From the NCBI GenBank assembly GCA_038851565.1, contig JAWCKV010000018.1, positions 1 to 18,922 of the forward strand: a stretch of 18,922 nt of DNA, written 5' to 3'. Below are positions 16,417-18,922 of the stretch, piece after piece. Numbering within the stretch: position 1 is the stretch's first letter; each line of letters begins with the position of its first letter. Origin of the DNA: Candidatus Hadarchaeales archaeon. GTDB taxonomy: Archaea > Hadarchaeota > Hadarchaeia > Hadarchaeales > Hadarchaeaceae. The position numbers were made by a program, and so were the translations under genes. Below the pieces are notes generated by a model. The model saw only the letters and a list, made by a program, of their open reading frames with translations. It made no database searches and was not told where the DNA came from.

Positions 16417-18180
16417 ATGCGCTTGGGAAAAATAGTGAGGGTGACCGGACCTGTGGTGATCGCTGAGGGAATGAAGGGCTCCACGATGTACGAGCTCGTG
16501 AAGGTCGGAGAGGAGGGACTGATGGGGGAGATAATAGGGCTTCAGGAGGACAGGGCGACGATTCAGGTCTACGAGGAAACCACCGGGATAAAGCCCGGGG
16601 AAAAGGTGGAGGGAACAGGAAGGCCCCTCTCGGTCGAGCTCGGTCCGGGACTGATAGGATCCATATACGACGGGACCCAGAGGCCCCTCACCGCGATAAT
16701 GGAGAGAACCGGTGAGCTCATAAGGAGGGGGGTATCAGCCCCGGCGCTGCCGAGGGAGAAGAGCTGGGAGTTCGTGCCCAGGGTCAGGAAGGGAGCGGAG
16801 GTAAGAGAGGGGGACGTGCTGGGAACCGTCAGGGAGAGCGGGATGATAGAGCACATGATAATGGTCCCACCGGGGAAGGGCGGCAAAGTCGTTGAGGTGC
16901 GAGATGGCAGGATGACCGTCGAGGAAACCGTGGCGGTGCTAGAGGGGCAGGGAGGGAGGAGCGAGGTGGGGATGATGCAGGTGTGGCCGGTGAGGAGGCC
17001 CAGGCCATACCTCGAGAAGCTGAAAGCGAGCGAGCCGCTTCTGACAGGACAGAGGGTCGCGGATGTCTTCTTCCCCATCGTGAAGGGGGGGACCGCAGCG
17101 ATACCCGGCGGCTTCGGGAGCGGGAAGACGGTTTTCCTCCAGACCCTTGCAAAGTGGGCTGACTCGGACGTTGTGGTCTATGTCGGCTGTGGAGAGAGAG
17201 GCAATGAGATGTGCGACGTGCTCACCCAGTTTCCCAAGCTCAAGGACCCGCGAAGCGGCCAGCCGCTCATGGAGAGGACCACCCTGATAGCAAACACGTC
17301 GAACATGCCCGTGGCAGCCAGGGAGGCCAGCATATACACTGGCGTGACGATAGCTGAGTACTTCAGGGACATGGGATACCACGTCGCGCTGATGGCCGAC
17401 TCGACCTCCAGGTGGGCAGAGGCCATGAGGGAGATCTCAGGAAGGCTGGAGGAGATGCCAGGAGAGGAGGGATTCCCCGCGTACCTTGCCTCGAGGCTCG
17501 CGGAGTTCTATGAGAGGGCCGGAATGGTGAGGACGCTGGGCTCGGACGGAAGGATCGGCTCACTCACCGTCATGGGGGCTGTCTCTCCGCCGGGCGGGGA
17601 CTTCTCAGAGCCCGTCACGCAGAACACCCTCAGGATCGTCAAGGTATTCTGGGCACTCGACACCTCGCTCGCTGACAGGCGCCACTTCCCGGCGATTCAC
17701 TGGCTGACGAGCTATTCCCTCTACGTGGAGCCCCTGGCCGAATGGTGGAAGAAAAAAATGAACGAGGACTGGAAGTCCATGCGAGAGGAGGCCATGGCCA
17801 TGCTGCAGAAGGAGGCTGAGCTTGAGGAGATAGTGAGGCTGGTGGGTCCGGATGCCCTGCCAGAGCCGGACAGGGCTGTGCTCGAGTCCGCGAGGATGAT
17901 GCGCGAGGACTTCCTGCAGCAGTTCGCGCTGCACGAGGTTGACAGCTACTGCCCGGTCCAGAAGCAGATCGGGATGCTGAAGCTGGTGCTCGCGTTCTAC
18001 AGGAGGGCTGTCGATGCGGCGAGGAGGGGGGTCCCTGTGGAGAAGATCCAGAAAATGAGGATCAAGGAGGAGATAGCCGGGATGAAGAGGCTGAGGCCTG
18101 AGGAGTTCTCCAGGAGGTATCCTGCCATTGAGAGGATGCTGAGGGAGGAGTTCGACTCCCTGCTGGGTGAGAGAAAATGA
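16417..18180 (+). CDS. atpA: A/V-type ATP synthase subunit A (catalytic), no intein
   Basis: [15 protein letters not shown], Walker [60 protein letters not shown]. Confidence 0.98.
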   Translation: MRLGKIVRVTGPVVIAEGMKGSTMYELVKVGEEGLMGEIIGLQEDRATIQVYEETTGIKPGEKVEGTGRPLSVELGPGLIGSIYDGTQRPLTAIMERTGELIRRGVSAPALPREKSWEFVPRVRKGAEVREGDVLGTVRESGMIEHMIMVPPGKGGKVVEVRDGRMTVEETVAVLEGQGGRSEVGMMQVWPVRRPRPYLEKLKASEPLLTGQRVADVFFPIVKGGTAAIPGGFGSGKTVFLQTLAKWADSDVVVYVGCGERGNEMCDVLTQFPKLKDPRSGQPLMERTTLIANTSNMPVAAREASIYTGVTIAEYFRDMGYHVALMADSTSRWAEAMREISGRLEEMPGEEGFPAYLASRLAEFYERAGMVRTLGSDGRIGSLTVMGAVSPPGGDFSEPVTQNTLRIVKVFWALDTSLADRRHFPAIHWLTSYSLYVEPLAEWWKKKMNEDWKSMREEAMAMLQKEAELEEIVRLVGPDALPEPDRAVLESARMMREDFLQQFALHEVDSYCPVQKQIGMLKLVLAFYRRAVDAARRGVPVEKIQKMRIKEEIAGMKRLRPEEFSRRYPAIERMLREEFDSLLGERK

Positions 18181-18922
18181 GGGCAGCGGAATATCTGACG
18201 ATAGGGAGGGTTTCGGGTCCCCTCATATTCGTGGAGGGGGTGAGCGGAGTATCGTATGGCGAGATGGTCGAGATATTCACTCCGGACGGTGAGGTCAAGC
18301 ACGGACAGGTGCTTGACGCGTACACCGACAGGGCGATCGTCCAGGTGTACGAGGGCACCAGGGGGATAGACACCAGGAGCACAAGGGTGAGGTTCAGGGG
18401 AGAAACCGCAAAGTTCGGAGTGGGGCTCGAGCTGCTGGGCAGGATATTCAACGGAAGGGGGGACCCAATAGACGGCGGGCCGAGGCCCATTCCGGAGGAC
18501 ACATGGGACGTCCACGGAGCACCGATAAACCCCTACGCCAGGGAGTACCCGCGGGAGTTCATACAGACCGGGATATCCGCGATAGACGGCATGAACACAC
18601 TTGTGAGGGGACAGAAACTCCCCATATTTTCTGGGTCGGGGCTCCCGCACAACATGCTGGCCGCTCAGATAGCCAGACAGTCCAAGGTTCTCGGAGAGGA
18701 AGAGAAGTTCTCGGTGGTCTTCGCGGGACTCGGCATAACCCACGAGGAGGCGGCCTTCTTCAGGAGGGAGTTCGAGAGGACCGGCGCGCTCGAGAGGTCC
18801 GTGCTGTTCTTGAACCTCGCGAACGATCCCGCGATAGAGAGGATACTCACGCCAAGGCTGGCGCTCACGGCTGCGGAGTACCTTGCGTTCAATCAGGGGA
18901 TGCACGTGCTCGTCATCCTCAC
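18177..18922 (+). CDS. atpB: A/V-type ATP synthase subunit B, truncated by window edge
   Basis: ATGA overlap with the atpA stop. Manual translation: [22 protein letters not shown]...QVYEGT...[43 protein letters not shown]...[28 protein letters not shown]. Confidence 0.97.
   Translation, partial: MRAAEYLTIGRVSGPLIFVEGVSGVSYGEMVEIFTPDGEVKHGQVLDAYTDRAIVQVYEGTRGIDTRSTRVRFRGETAKFGVGLELLGRIFNGRGDPIDGGPRPIPEDTWDVHGAPINPYAREYPREFIQTGISAIDGMNTLVRGQKLPIFSGSGLPHNMLAAQIARQSKVLGEEEKFSVVFAGLGITHEEAAFFRREFERTGALERSVLFLNLANDPAIERILTPRLALTAAEYLAFNQGMHVLVIL

Noticed and set aside
16387..16466. ATGATGA (C-box-like) in the atpH/atpA spacer, possible C/D box sRNA
   Set aside because: No D' or C' boxes at the expected spacing; the nearest CTGA is about 70 nt away inside atpA.
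17090..17220. Possible intein in atpA near Walker A / GCGERGNE
   Set aside because: The protein is 587 aa and continuous through both known insertion regions; no intein.
17997..18905. 302-aa minus-strand ORF
   Set aside because: Antisense shadow of atpB.
1..18922. CRISPR arrays, tRNA/rRNA, transposases, integrases, defence genes
   Set aside because: None seen; the window is almost entirely occupied by conserved housekeeping CDSs and the short spacers are accounted for by promoter and SD elements.

Overview
Very compact, GC-rich archaeal housekeeping region with no mobile elements, CRISPR or RNA genes detected. Protein features resemble Thermococcales/Methanobacteriales proteins, so a deep euryarchaeal-type lineage such as Hadarchaeota is plausible, but that is inference. 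Gene order: tgtA (archaeosine tRNA-guanine transglycosylase, runs off the left edge, missing from the ORF track) <- mat (SAM synthetase) | HTH-CBS regulator -> COG1709-type HTH regulator -> HMG-CoA synthase -> thiolase -> DUF35 scaffold -><- trmI | secF -> secD -><- small membrane protein <- DUF61 <- atpD <- atpF <- atpC <- atpE <- atpK <- atpI <- atpH | atpA -> atpB (runs off the right edge). Main observations: (1) three conserved genes (tgtA, atpE, atpI) appear to start at near-cognate codons (ATC, CTG, ACG), each 4 nt after a Shine-Dalgarno motif; (2) the A1Ao ATP synthase operon is split, with atpAB removed from between F and D and transcribed divergently; (3) a clean inverted repeat lies directly upstream of the BRE/TATA of the mevalonate-entry operon, next to two uncharacterised HTH regulators; (4) the c subunit is a four-helix V-type with a single Na+-type site.
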